DNA from: the human T2T-CHM13v2.0 reference genome, Homo sapiens
Assembly: GCF_009914755.1 (NCBI RefSeq)
Contig: NC_060931.1
DNA length: 64,000 nt
Strand: one strand, 5' to 3'
Part shown: positions 39,848 to 53,564 of the stretch, piece by piece
Position numbering within the stretch: position 1 is the stretch's first letter
How the letters are laid out: each line of letters starts with the position of its first letter
Notes under the pieces: model-generated
What the model was told of the DNA's origin: nothing
Database searches by the model: none
What the model saw: only the letters and a program-made list of their open reading frames with translations
Translations under genes and position numbers: made by a program

Positions 39848-42800
39848 TCAAAGCATCATTAACAGGAACTGACAGCCAACTGAATCTTGAAAGGCCTATG
39901 TGAGTGTGACAGACAAAACTTCAAGAAGGTGTAGGATGAAAAAATGCATAGAAACATGGAAATAAATTGGTTTATTCAGTGAGAGAGAAAACATAAGAAA
40001 AGAGTGTCAAGAATAGACCCCTGGGAATCACCAGTATCTCAGGGAACTAAGCAAATAGAGAAAGAGGCGTCAGAGAAACAGAAAACCAGGATAGAGCCAT
40101 GTCTGAAGCCAAGGGAGGAGAAAATGGTCAGAACGAAGTAGGCAATATCTCAATGCTGGCGAAATGGCAAATAAGATAAGCTTAAAAATTATCTGTTATG
40201 CACAGCATTAGGAGACCAGCAGTGTTTTTCCAAGGGCAGTTTTAGGAGAGTGAAGAGGGCCAGGTCGCTAACTTCATTTCCTGTTTTTAAAGAAAACTGA
40301 AGATAAAGATAAGACATCCACCATTAGAAATTTACTCAACTTCTATTTAGGGACCTAAAATATAAGTACATTTATTATATGAGTTAGCCCTGTGCTACTA
40401 CACAGTTAGCATTATGCAGTGGTAACTATAAATAGAAAGGATAAGTTTTGACGGAGGCTGGCAGAGGGGTAATGACAATATGGGGCTCTCTACAGATAAG
40501 AGGCCCCAAGACTGAGAAAGGGACACTGTGGAAACTGTATGAACGAGTATAATATGAACTTTACAATTTCACTAAGTGTAATCGAGCATAAGCACAATCT
40601 TTATAAATGAAAGCACTTGGGGATTACTCTATTTCGAGGGTGACATTCTATCACCTCTAAACAGGGAGAATGCTTTTCCATCAGGGCAGTTCCATGAAAG
40701 TTGAAACAACTGACATGACAGAAAAGAGAAAATTTGGAAAATCAAGGATGTTGAGAATATTTAGATGCATTTAAGTATTTAGCATTCTGTGATGTTGGTT
40801 TTTTTTTAACATTACTTTCTCCTTAGAAATCAAAAAATTATATACATTCAATGAGATGTCATTCTATAATACTATTTGCAAATATGTCATGCAGCCAATT
40901 TTATTTTCTGGATATCAGCAGAAATTACTGGTCCTGAGAGTGATTCTCTTTTGTTAAACTTGGTCTTAAGTATGTTTCTAATAAGATGGATGTTGTTATC
41001 AAGGAAACCATTGTATTCTTACTATTTTACTCACTGCATCCCTACTCAGGTCCCTGCATTCTTTGACTTCCACAACAGAAATAAGTGTGGGCTCACACAT
41101 TATTTTCTATAATTTAAAAGACCCAATAAAAGTTATATATTTAGCTGTCATAGGACAACACAAACTACTGTCTAGCAAATGCAGTTTGTTGTGCCAAAAA
41201 AAACCCCTCTTAAAGCACAAGTTTATGAGAGAAACAAATAATGGTAAAAGGGTACTTTTTTGGAGGAAAAGCTTGGGAAAACAACATTTTATGCTATTTA
41301 AAATTCATGCTAACAAACAAAAATCAATAGCTTGACAGACTCAAAGTTCAAATCAACAGGAGAGGTGATTTAAGTTACATCTATCTACATTTAGGGCATT
41401 TGGCAATTTAGTATCTCTGTTTCCAATAAAGGTCAGTAAAATTCCTTTTCCAAATTAAAAAACAAGATTAGGAAAGAAAAGAGACTATTGACTGAACTAT
41501 AAACTCTTGCACATGTTTCTAAGAAATGGGGAATTAATAAAACCTTCTTAAAATTTAATGAAATATTATATTTAATAGAGAAAAGGGCACTAACTCAAAA
41601 TTCAACCAGTCTCTTTTCCTGAATTCAATTCACACATAGAAACTAAATAATATGAGACTGTGCATTAAGGAAAGATCATGTGAAATGCTTTGAAAAGGTA
41701 CATTGCCCGATGTATACATTTTTTACACTATTTATCTATATTTCTTGTCTTCCATTAGCAAGCAGGACAGGATGTACAAACATAAAGATATATTAATATG
41801 TTCTGATCACCATCAGTGCAGGTAACTAATAACTATCTGTCCTTGGACAAAAAATGACTCTGATTATACATCAAAGATAACTGAATATCTGTTGATCTAA
41901 CAGTAGATCTCTCAATTGTATTCCACTCCTGGTGAAAGGTGAGATTTACCTAAACAGAAATAACCATAAAAGCTGAATTTGGTCTATTCTTCCTAATGTT
42001 CTTTGCATCCTTTAACACTTTCTGCAGTCGCCACTGGAGCTGTATAGCAGCAAATCAAATTCAATGGACTGTATACGAAAAAAAATCAGCAGATCAGAAA
42101 TTTATATAGAATTCTCCACTTCTACTTTGTAATATATTACTCATTGCTCTTTCAACTTGGTTTCACCTTGGTTTCCAGTCTTCATCCCATATCCATAGAA
42201 AGGTAACGTAATTTGAATGTTTACCCTGCCTCTTATGGTACATTCCTAAAAAAACACTGCATTGGCTCCTTGTGTGTGGACAATGTGTACCTCAATCCAC
42301 AGGAACTCAGACATGAAATTTCCAGCACAAACAACATTATTTAGTAGGTTAATTCCAGTTCCAGATGAGTACCCAGCCCAGGAATGGAATGGTTTTAATT
42401 TGTAAGAGGAAAATACCAAACCGGCTATAACTCTTCTCCATTCAGTTTCAGGTACTCACTGCCACTAATCTGAGTCAACTTTGGTTATTTTGATAACTAG
42501 TCTTGCATGAGCTGTTCAATCTTAAAAGTTTTGGCATGGGCATATAGAAGTTTTCTTATTTTAATAGAGGAGTAGTTTGTATCAGCATAACCACCCCGCA
42601 GATACTAACTATAAACTCTGGACAAAACAGGAAAAAAAATCACTAATTTTGACTTTTCTTCACAGGTCAGGTCATTAAACCCTGTGGGAGTCAAACTATA
42701 GAGTTTGTGGCAGTCATTATAACTGGAAAGTAAGGGACAAACCCCCAGATGAGAAAGCCACAAGAGGAAAGCACAAAAACATAAAGTGGACACCTGAACC

Positions 42801-42989
42801 ATGTGCATAGGAGAGATTGCAGGAAGCCCTCTGTAAATACCAGTTGAAAATCTGAAAGAAATAAGTGGATATTTTAACTCCTGCCCTCCACAGAGGAGAC
42901 AAAAATGGAGACTGAGGCCAGCTAAGTTGTCTTTCTGTTAGAACAAAATCAATATTTTTTTTCAGAAATAAATAACCTAAGGTCTCTAT

Positions 42990-45125
42990 AGCATATCATA
43001 CATACTACTAACATTAAAAAGACGGACAATGCCAAGTCTTGGTGAGAATGTTGTGCAGCTAGAAGTCTCATACACTGATAAATGGATTATAAAGTGAAGC
43101 AACCACTTTGGAGAACAGTTTTGTAGTTTCCTAAAAAGTTGAACATACAACTACCATATGACTCAGCCACTCCCTTGCTATGTATTTACAGAAGAGAAAA
43201 ATATATATGTGTACATACAAAATTTGTAAACAAATGTCCATAGAAGTTTTACCGTAATAACCCCCAAATCAGAAATGTTCCAAATGTCTATCAACAGGTG
43301 AATGGATAAATTGTGGCATATCCATACACACAAAAACATAGATGAACATCAAGATAAAAATGCTGAGTGAAAAAAGATAAAGAATAATATACTGTATGAT
43401 TTTATATATACATGTGTACACACACATACACACTCACGCACACATTTCATATATTTCTAGATAATACAAAACAACCCATAGTGGGGGAAAAAAGCAGATT
43501 TGTAATTCCTTGGGGAAGCAGAGCAGTGGATGGATGGATAGACTGATAGATTACAAAGAATCATATAGAAAGAAAACAAAGGTAGTAGATATGATGAGTA
43601 GATATTATGTTGATTGTGGTGATAGTTTTATATGTGTTTATATGTATATATTAGAATACCATAAATATGTGCAGTTTATTGAATGTCAATTACACTTCAA
43701 TAAAGTTATAAACGATTACTACAAACATCATAAAAAATATATAAGGACTGAAATTAATTAAGTATAAAACAGAGAAACAATGGATACAATTAAGAAAGCC
43801 AGAAATTTATTCCTTGAAAATATTTATAACATGTCTAAATATATAGGAAGTTTGATTTTAAAAGAAAGAGAGCAAATACAAATAACCATTATCAGGAATA
43901 ACAAACAAGATTCTGCAGGCACTCTAAGGATGGTAAGAAAATATTATAAACAGTTTTATGCCAATAAATTCTACCATTTATATGAAATAGAACATGTTTT
44001 AAACACCATTTACCAAAACTCTTTCAAAAAGGAATAACCAAAAAAGGTCTCAACAAAACATAGGAGATGGTCTTTACCATCAAGGAGTATGAAAAGATTT
44101 TTTAGTCTGGAAACAGAAAATTAAAAAAAATAAAAGAAAAAATGATAAATTAGACTTAATTGACAATAAAACTTACACTTATCAAAAGACATTATTAAGA
44201 AAATGAGTAGTCAAGCCACAGACTGGGAGAAAATACTTGCATAACATATATCTGACAATGGATTTATATCCAGGATATATTTTAAAACTCCTGCAACTCA
44301 ATAATAGAAAGACAAACAACTTAATTTAAAAGGGAAAAAGACTTGAACAAGCATTTCATATAAGAAGATATAAAAATGGCCCAAAAGCCCATGGAAAATT
44401 GCTCAATAACATTGATCATTAGGGAAATGCCAATTAAAAGCATAGTGAGATAGTGCTACTAGAATGACCAAAATTAAAAAGATTAACAACTTTAAGTGTT
44501 GGCAAAAATGTAAAGTAATCAAAATTTTTGTATGTTGCTGAGGGTATAAAAAAATAAAGCCATGCTGGAGTACTGTTTGGCAGTTTTTGAAATAATTTTG
44601 AACATTCACCAATAACCCAACAATTCTCTTCCTAAAGTTTTCCCAAAAGAAATAAAACTTACCCTTTAAATACTGGCACAGATTATTCACAGCAGATTTA
44701 TTCAAAGTAGCCAAACACAGGAAATAATATAAATGTCCATCAACAAGGGAGCGGAAAAATAAATTGTAGAATATTCATATGATGGAATAGTACTCAACAA
44801 TGAAAAATGACTCATATACACTATCTCACAGATACTATGTTAAGTAAAAGAAGCTGGACACAAAAGAGTGCATACTGTATGGCTCCATTTCATGAAGTTC
44901 TAGAAAAAGGAAACTAGAGGGGAAAATATCACATCACTGGTATACTAGGGAGGGTGTAATCATGTGGTAAGGTCTAGAAAAATAACATTTTTGGATGATA
45001 AAAATATTTTCATCTTCATAGAGGTATGAATTACATGATTCAACTGATTTATCAAAACTTATTACATTATACTCTATAGAGTTATGCATTTCATTTTATA
45101 TGAACCTTACCTGAAAAAAACTGGA
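42990..45125 (+). mobile_element. Cluster of old L1MD/ME ORF2 and 3' UTR fragments
   Basis: CAAATGTCTATCAACAGGTGAATGGATAAA, AGCCACAGACTGGGAGAAAATA, AATGTCCATCAACAAGG. Confidence 0.85.
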
Positions 45126-47105
45126 AACAAAAATAAATGAATAAATACAAGAGTAGGTCTTACATCGTGAAGACAATAAATATACATCTGTGAATGATTA
45201 AAACTGTCATGATGCTATGCAAATGGATACCTGTAGCTTAGGATAAGCTATTCAATGACCACACTACCCATGGATTAACTGTGCTACTTCTCAAACTGGA
45301 CAGAAGTGGAAATGATGCAATATGACCAATGTAATTGATTCAAAACATGCTTCCTAGAAAGACACCAATTTTGTAGATGTGAAGAGTTTGAAGAATTGTT
45401 TCATGAGATATAAGTAGAAAAAAATATTTGCAAGCATCTATATAAACTTATTCACCCTGCATCTTCTTAAATAAGAAAATAATTCAAATGTTTCTAGAAA
45501 GGGTAAGGCTGTGTGCTGCAATTATCCAATTTTATGACAGGTCAACCTTGAGTATTCATTTTCCTAAGAATCTATCTTTAGAGACATTTCCCAGGAGAAA
45601 AATTTTAAAAGTGGGATTTTTTTTTCTCTGATCTTCAGTCTCTTTCTTCTCCAGTCATACTGGCATGAGAGATGGAGGCAGAGCTCATCCCTTCCCCACT
45701 TCTGATGTTTTCCCTTCCTGCTAGAGCAATGATGTTTCAGCATGTTTCACACCTGAGTCCCTGCGGACTGCGCATCACTCAGGGAAAGCTCTGGCCCAAG
45801 AGGTAAGCATCACCCCAGAAGTCTGTCTGAACTGAATAAAGCATATCCTGATGCTCTAGCTGGAGGTTTACAAGTGGTCCCTCCCAGTGGACATGCTTCT
45901 TACATTCACCACCACTCTCAGGGCAATTTTCTATTTGGCATTAGTCTGCTACATGACGAAAGGTACTAATCTGCATAATTACCTAAAATTCTTTGGCACC
46001 ACTGGATAACTGCTGTTACCATCCTCCTGACACACTAATGCTGCATCCAAACATAAATGGGACCTGCGTCTGTCATATGCCTCTGGTAGAGGCAGGAGGA
46101 GGCCCTAGGTGAGATGCTTTTCAGACTCCCTTGCTTAGCAGGAATTTGGTGATACCTGTGCTGTCTATGATGGTCTCCTACCCAAGTAGTAGATGGAGCA
46201 TTAAAGGCTTTCCCCCTTTCCTTATATGAGAATGCAAACTAATCCCTTCACCAAGAATTGGCTAATAAATATTAACTCATGTTCATTCATACCTACATGC
46301 CTTCAGTGTCTGACCTCCCTGAATCTATGCCAGCACCAGGTGCATTTGTTTCCAAAGTACCACCTTTATCAGGAAGACATATATCCATTCCTGTGAAATT
46401 GCACAAATATACCACCCTAAAACACTGGAGAATCTTGTCCCAGGGCTTCATAAAATCTTGTCCCAGAACTTCTCACTCCACCTGAAAGTGCCCCTCATCA
46501 TGCCTTCTCATTGCCCTTCTCTCTGGGAGGGTGGATGCATCAGCCACTCCCCTTCAGTCCAACCCATTTCAGGCTTGTTTTACAACTAAGAAAAGCTGAC
46601 TGCTCCGTAACATCTGAACCCATGGCCTTGCAAGCTGAACAAACTGATCTAAGATGATTATGCTACCACACCATTAAATAATGCAAAACTCACTGATCTA
46701 CAAAACATGATTTATGCATTGGGAAGTAGGAGCCTCAGCATGAGCAATCTAAATCTCTCTTTAATTATACTTGATATTACAAAGAAAGAAAAGATATTTT
46801 TCCCTTTTTAACATAAGAAAAAATGTTATTCTAAAAGAACAAAGTTGATTTTTTCTCCTAACAAATGTAGTTTTGCAATTTCTATAGAAAATCAAAGTAA
46901 CTATTTGTAATCATCCACTATTCATAGTCTAGGAAAAGCTTTAATAAGAAAAGGCAAAAAGCAATCATTATTACATGCTAACTTGTACTTCCTAACTCCC
47001 TTTCCCTTTGAACCTTCATTATAAACCTAACAAATCTGAAACTCTATAGAATTTATACTGATCTCTCTCCTTCTGTGTGATTGATGGTCATGAACTTGAC
47101 ATTTC

Positions 47106-47317
47106 CTGTTCTGATTTCTCTCAGGAAGAAAGAATGTTTGTAGCATTTGATTCATAAGTTTCATAGAGAACAAGCACTATCTGTGCAAGCTTCTGTGGTT
47201 CAGGTAGTGATGATTAATCTCTAGATAAGAATGAAAACATGGCACATAGAGGAAGCCAAACTAGTTATTTCTTGCTCAAAATAAGTAACTATAATGAATA
47301 AGCAAGAAGCAACACAC
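47106..47317 (+). repeat. Donor copy of a ~210-bp direct duplication (partner 51017-51230)
   Basis: Direct match, ~89% identity by hand count. Confidence 0.95.
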
Positions 47318-47869
47318 TTTGACATAAATAAGCTTCTGCTTTTTATTCCCCCAAAAGGAATATTTGGCCATTTACATGACGAGGTAATTGTCCCTTAAAT
47401 ATATGATTTTCAATTCTTATTTACAAACCAATGAATTCGACCTGAAATAAAACAGACTATAATATAACCAGATGATGAAGATTTGAAATGTGACTGCTTC
47501 ATAGAAATTCATTTATTTATTCATTCAAAGAATAGGTATTGATTGCTAATAATTTATATGGCACTATTCTAAGCACTTAAATTTACAGGGAAAAACAGAA
47601 ACAATAAGAAAGCTTTCAGTGCATATGATGGAAATTTCTAAAACCCTCAGAAAAGACGGCTAGGTTATGAAGAATAAAGTCTAGGCCCTACTGGCCAAAC
47701 TTTAATAGATTATGTAATCTATACTTTAATTCCTTCATCACAAAATGGTTTAATAATTTATTTGATATACACCTCTGAGGAATTTACATATTTCAAAAAG
47801 AAATACAAATCTGTATAATTATACAATGAAGTGACTTACAAGATATCATAATAAATGAGATACAGAGCA

Positions 47870-48865
47870 ACTAGAATTCTTACACTGCTAATGGTGGTGC
47901 AAATTGTTACCACCTCTTAGAAAACAAATGGTAATTATCTTGCAAAATTGAACATAAGCAGTCTGTACAACCTAGCTGCAGCAGAACTCACTAACAGAAC
48001 CAATAAATATTTATGCTCCATTTCTATAGTGTACATGTGTGGTTGGGAAACTGCTGTCCAGCCAGAAACTAGGTTTCCCAGCTTTCTCACATCTAGTCAG
48101 GATCATGAGATTACTTCCAGCCAATTGAGTGTGAACAGAATCTGTAAGTGTCATTTCTGAGCCAAAGTGGTGATCTTCTGTGTCTTCTTCAGGATGTCTT
48201 CCAAGGTTACTATAACACCAAGTGCTGAGGATTTTAGCAGCACAATTTGTGGCAATCTGTCCAAGAGAATCAATTAACCAGGAATATTCACATGGGGTTT
48301 GCAGTGAGTTAGAAGCAATGTTTGTAGCGTTAAGTTAGTGAGATTTTGCAATAGTTTCTATCAGCAGCTGATCTACCCTAAGATACACTGAGCAATTCCA
48401 TTCTTAGCTTTGCCTCTGAGAAGCTCTTGTGTATGTGAAGGAGAAGACATGTTGAAGAATATTTATAGTAATATTGTTTGTAATAGCCAAAATATGAAAA
48501 AAATTTAAATGCTCTTTATAAGAAAATAGATAAATAATTGTCATGTATTTATATAAAATTCTATACGGTAGTGGAAATACATGAATTCATTCAAATGCAT
48601 CACCTTGGATGAAAAAAGAAGATAAATGTTGAGCGAAAAACTTTGTTGAAGAATAGATACAGTATAATTCCATTTAAAAAACATTCAAAAACATGCAAAA
48701 CTAAACAAAATTTAGAGGTACATCCAAATGTAGTGAATTATAAAGAAAAAAGGTAGAATAATGAACACAACATTATGAAAGTAGTTATAACTGAGAGGAG
48801 AGAAAATGAACAGAATTGGGAAGAGGCACACAAAGGACTTGGGAGTCAATGGTAACATTCTTTCT
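47870..48865 (+). mobile_element. L1ME 3' region interrupted by an MLT1J-like LTR (~47977-48387)
   Basis: CACTGCTAATGGTGGTGCAAATTG...[LTR]...AGCAATTCCATTCTTAG. Confidence 0.65.
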
Positions 48866-50406
48866 GAATTCCCTCTGTAATCAGGTCATAGAACTTAATC
48901 TTAGCATCTTGGAGTTCACCTAACTTTTTCTCAGGTTGTATCCAAGCTGCTGGAGGCTCATATCATCCCAGAGTCTTAGAAGGGGCACCTCTGATCTCCA
49001 TGGTTATGAACAGCTATGCATTGCCCTGCTGAGATTTCCTTATTCTTCGGTGGTTCCCAACTGCCAGCCACATGGATCCCTTTGAATCATTCCTCATTGC
49101 TACTGCAAGGTGTCAGATTGGGCTCTGTTCCTCACATTTTAGTCCCATTCCTCGGTGCAGTGAAATCATTAGCTGTTCCCGTAAGATATGAGGCTATCTA
49201 AAGTTTTGTGTTTCTTTTAGGAGTTGGAAGTCTAACTCTGCCTCACTGCATTCTTTTTCTATAGTTATGAGTTATCTCAGGGCCCAGACTTTTGAAACAA
49301 TAAAACTCTTTTTCTCATTTTTTGTTGTAACACCTATTCCTGAAAATGTCACACAATCTAGCTCCTGTGAATGGGGAGAAAGATCAAGGTAAAAGAATGT
49401 GTGAATATTTCCAAATAGTATCCCATCAGAGTTGTTTCGATGGTGTGATTGTATTAATGAGACAATACTCCTTGTGAGGAACAAACATTTCCCCAAGCCA
49501 CATTCTGGAGATGAACGGTGAAGGGCCATGTGAAGACACATTGACAGTAACTGAAAAGGAAAAGATGTTTAAGTTTCTAAGCAGCTCTGCAGATGGGATT
49601 TTTATCAATCTCTCTATCTTGCCTCTCATAAACTCCTTTATTATTTCTACTCTCTTCTTCATGTTTGTACCAACTTTTATAACTGCTGATTATACAGTTT
49701 TATACAAATTCTCTGCTCAAAATTTTTAGACGGAACCAATCTGATTGATTTAAGAAATTTCTCCATTGAGTAATGCTCTTCCATATTTGACCAATACAGT
49801 CAATTATCTACATTTAGACTCCTCTTTGTCTGGATATGCCTTTGTTAAACCAGTGGGCACCCTGCCACAAAGAGCAGCCCAACACTGCACATTTTCTGAA
49901 TAAATAGGAAGTATAGTTTCAGGTAGACCGAGAGAAAATTATTTTAGGTACCATGTCAAGGGCCGCAGACAGATCATGAAATCAAGAGTAGATGAATGAG
50001 ACTAAGTTTAGACAAGGTGACATGGATCCATTTCTCCCTGCTCCTTTCTGCTAAGCACAAGTATAATCCCTTTGATAATATGAGGAGCAACTAAAGGAAG
50101 CCCTGAAAGGTGGTATGAAGAAAGCAAGATGGTTTAGGGACCTGGGATTAGAGGAATTACACAGCAACAGGTACATAAATCCATTCCAAGCAACAAACGA
50201 GGATAAATCAGACCCATTATTTCCTGAATTCCAACTTTCCAACGGAAGGCAGCTCATGAAGTTTCATTCTTTTGTGAAATTTAATAGAAATCCCTTTAAC
50301 ATCAGGTTAGCCTGACAATACTTACAAATAGAATTGACCAGGCAACCATAAGTGGCTTCCAGGGTAATTATAGAACTAACAGTACAATAACAAAAAGAAA
50401 TAATTC

Positions 50407-50521
50407 TGAACTGGGAGGCAGAGCTTGCGGTGAGCCGAGATTGTGCCATTGCACTCCAGCCTGGGCCAAAGGGCAAGACTCCATCTCAACAACAACAAAA
50501 AAATACAAAAAAAACCCCCAC
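50407..50521 (+). mobile_element. Severely 5'-truncated Alu (Sc/Y-like)
   Basis: Last ~80 nt of Alu plus A-rich tail; perfect TSD AAATAATTC (50398-50406, 50522-50530). Confidence 0.9.
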
Positions 50522-50786
50522 AAATAATTCACTGGATGGACTCAGTAGTACAGTGGATATGAAAGAGCATAGAATCAATAAACGTGAAAACAGATTAATA
50601 GAATTCACCCCATCTGAAAAATACAGAGAAAACAGACTAAAAAGATAAACAGAGCCTCAGAGACCTGTGGGTCCATAATGAAAGATACAAATTTCATATC
50701 ATTGGAATCTAGGAAGGAAGGAGAGCAAGACTGAAAGAATATTTGAAGAAACAATGGCTCAAAACTTCTCACATTTGGTAAAAGCA

Positions 50787-50842
50787 TGAACAGATGCTTC
50801 ATGCTTGAACAGATGCTTCATGCTTGAACAGATGAACAGATT
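50787..50842. repeat. 19-bp tandem repeat (~2.5 copies)
   Basis: TGAACAGATGCTTCATGCT reiterated inside L1 ORF1. Confidence 0.9.
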
Positions 50843-51016
50843 CAAGAAGCTAAGGAATTCCAAACAAGATAAATGCAAAGAAATCCATACTACCACAATA
50901 AGCTTCTGAAAACTAAAGACAAAACATCTCAAAAGGAAATATTGTCCACATGGAACATCAGTTTGTGTGACAAAGGATTACTTATCTAAAACCATGGAGG
51001 CCAGAAGAAAGTAGGA

Positions 51017-51230
51017 CTGCTCCTGACTTCTCTTAGGAAGAAAAATTGTTTGTAGTATTTGACTCATAAGTTTCACAAGGCAACAAGCACTATCTGTACA
51101 AGCCTCTGTGGTTCAGGTAGTGATAACTAATCCCTAGGTAAGAATGAAAACATGGCACATAGAGGAAGCCAAACAAGTTATTTCTTGCACAAAATAAATA
51201 ACTATACTGAATAAGCGAGAAGAAACACAC
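51017..51230 (+). repeat. Acceptor copy of the ~210-bp direct duplication
   Basis: Matches 47106-47317 and interrupts L1 ORF1 between GCCAGAAGAAAGTAGG and TTTTAGGTGCTGAAAG. Confidence 0.95.
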
Positions 51231-51580
51231 CTCTTAGCAATGTGTTTTAGGTGCTGAAAGAAAATAACTTTCAAATGCAACTTCTATATCCAGAAAATTA
51301 TCCTTTATAAATTAAAGAAAAATAAAGTCATCTCAGATGAAGAAAAACTAGAATTTTTTTCCTAGCAGACCTACCCTTAAAGACTGGCTAATGCATATAC
51401 TTCAGATATAAAGGAAATCATCTAAAAAAAGAATCCTAGAGTATCAGGAAGGAAGAAGTAACAACAGAAAGAGAAGAAATAGTATATATAAAAAACTATC
51501 ATTCCCCCTCATCAATTTTATAAATCACATTTGATAATTGAAACAAAAATTATAATACCATCTGATGCTCAAGACAGTTA

Positions 51581-51925
51581 CAGTCAGTCTTCTGTATTTG
51601 TGGGTTCCTTATCCATGAATTCAACCAAACAAGAATCAAAAATATTTGCGGGAAAAAAAAGGATGGTTGTGTCTATACTGAACATATAAAGACTTTTTTC
51701 TTGTCATTATTCACTAAATAATATAGTATAACAAGTATTTATATAGTATTTACATTGTATTTTGCATTAAGTTATCTGGAGATGATTTAAAGTCGACAGG
51801 AGAATGTGCAAAGGTTATATGCAAATACTAAACCACTTTACATAAGGGATTTGAGTGTCCATGGATTTTTATATCTGCAGGGGCAGTCCTGGAACAAATC
51901 CCCTACAGACACCAAGGAACAACTC
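51581..51925 (-). mobile_element. MER2 (TcMar-Tigger MITE)
   Basis: TA-flanked, 345 bp, GGTTATATGCAAATACT and TTTTTTCTTGTCATTATT motifs. Confidence 0.9.
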
Positions 51926-53034
51926 TATATTTAGAAGTGAGGAAACTAAAGGGACTTAATTAGAAATAAATTTCTCACATTTCATTTGAAGTGATAAAAT
52001 GTTGCTACTAGTAGACCATGGTAAGTCACATATGTATATTGCAATACCCAAAGCAACCACTAAGGAAACTATACAAAGAGTTATACTCAAAAGTACCTTT
52101 AATAACAATAATTACCTTGAATGTAAATAATCTAAATATACTGAGCAAAGATCAGATATTGGAAAAGTGAAAAAATTAAACAAACCATGACCCAACTATA
52201 TACTATTGATAGAAAACTCACTTCAAATTAAATGACACAGGTAGGTTGAAAGTAAGGGGATGGAAAAGACCTAGCATTCGAACATGAAATTTTTTGAAAA
52301 GAAAGAAAGCACGGTTATATTAATGTCTGATAAAATAGAATTCGAAGCAAAGAAAATTGCTAGAGAGAAAAAAGGGCATTATATGATGGTGAAAAGATCA
52401 ATGTACTGGAAACATGCAGTGAAGCTAAATGTGTGCACACCAAACAAAAGACTTTCAAAATACATGAAGCAAAAACGGGTGAAACTGAAAAAAGAAACAG
52501 ACAATTTTATAATCATAGTTGGTGAATGTGCACCAAGATACCATATCCTGACCCATAAAACAAATATCAATAAAGTTAAAATAATTTAAATCATATGCAA
52601 TCTATTTTATTATAGGAATTCTTCATCAAAATTGAGTTGCACTAACAAATCTTGCTATAGATTTTCCCAAATGGTCACAAAAATATCTAGGAATAAAGAA
52701 AGATAATGACACTGAAATAATGACACTGAAAACCGAAATTGTTAGAAAATCTGTTTTCAGGTTCTGAGAGAAATTTGGACTAATTGCAAAACTAAAGGAG
52801 CTAGATTGGAAAACAAACCCCTCCCCACTTGTGCAGCCATGCTGGAAGAGAGAAAACTCTCTCTTTTTTATTTTTTATTTTTTCAGAAGGAGACTTTATT
52901 TCTCTGTCAATCTCTGTTTCCTGGTTTAGAAAAACTGGGGGGATTTCTTGGCTCAGTCACCGCAAAACTTGTCAAATATCTGTATACTTGGTGTGTTCTC
53001 ATTTTTGAGACAAGCAAAAATATTTTTCTTCATT

Positions 53035-53564
53035 CCTATATGAGTTACATTTTGCCCCCATAACAAATTATCTCAGAATTTAGCATCTTAAAATAACAAT
53101 CATTTCTCATCTCACACAGTTTTTGAGTGTCAGGAATCTAGGAGTGGCTCACCTGGATGGTTTTGGTTCAGCATCTCTCATCAGATTACAGTCAACGGGT
53201 CAGCCAGGGCATCAGTTATCTCAAAGCTTCACTGGTGCTGGTGAACCCACTCCTAAGCTCACTCGAGTGGCTGCTGGCAAGCTTCTATTCCTTATCAAAG
53301 GCGTTTCTCCATAGGCTGCCTGAGTGTCTTCAAGATGCCACAATTGGCCTCAACCCTAATGAGAATCCAGGAAAGAGAGAGAAGAGAGGGAAAAAATATT
53401 CAAGATGGAAACTTTAGTAATCTCAGAAATTACATCCCATTTTTTCTGCTATATGTTATCTACTATATGAATCAATCCTTGTACAGTGTAGGAAGGGATT
53501 GCACAATGGGGTAAATACTAAGGAACAGGGAGTATTGGGGCTGCCCTGGAGGCAGAATACTACA
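53035..53564 (-). mobile_element. MLT1F-like solo LTR
   Basis: TCTCACACAGTTTTTGAGTGTCAGGAATCTAGGAG...CTCCATAGGCTGCCTGAGTGTC...GGAGGCAGAATACTACA. Confidence 0.8.

Larger units (their letters stand above)
38715..40265 (-). mobile_element. L2 fragment interrupted by a 120-bp templated insert and nested L1MA ends
   Basis: TTATTGAGCATGTGCCATATGTCA...CTGTATTAGGCGCTAGGG; resumes with GAAGCCAAGGGAGGAGA...CAATGCTGGCGA. Confidence 0.7.
49960..52600 (+). mobile_element. Old L1M 5'UTR/ORF1/ORF2-start fragment with nested inserts
   Basis: ACAGAGCCTCAGAGACCTGTGG, AAACCATGGAGGCCAGAAG...GTGCTGAAAGAAAA (ORF1), CCATGACCCAACTATATAC (endonuclease). Confidence 0.85.

Noticed and set aside
34925-51230. Near-constant donor-acceptor offsets (3840 and 3911 bp) suggesting a fixed loop size
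   Set aside because: The first interval contains the 2.4-kb retrocopy and an AluJ. If the retrocopy inserted after the duplication, the original spacing was much shorter, so the match may be coincidence
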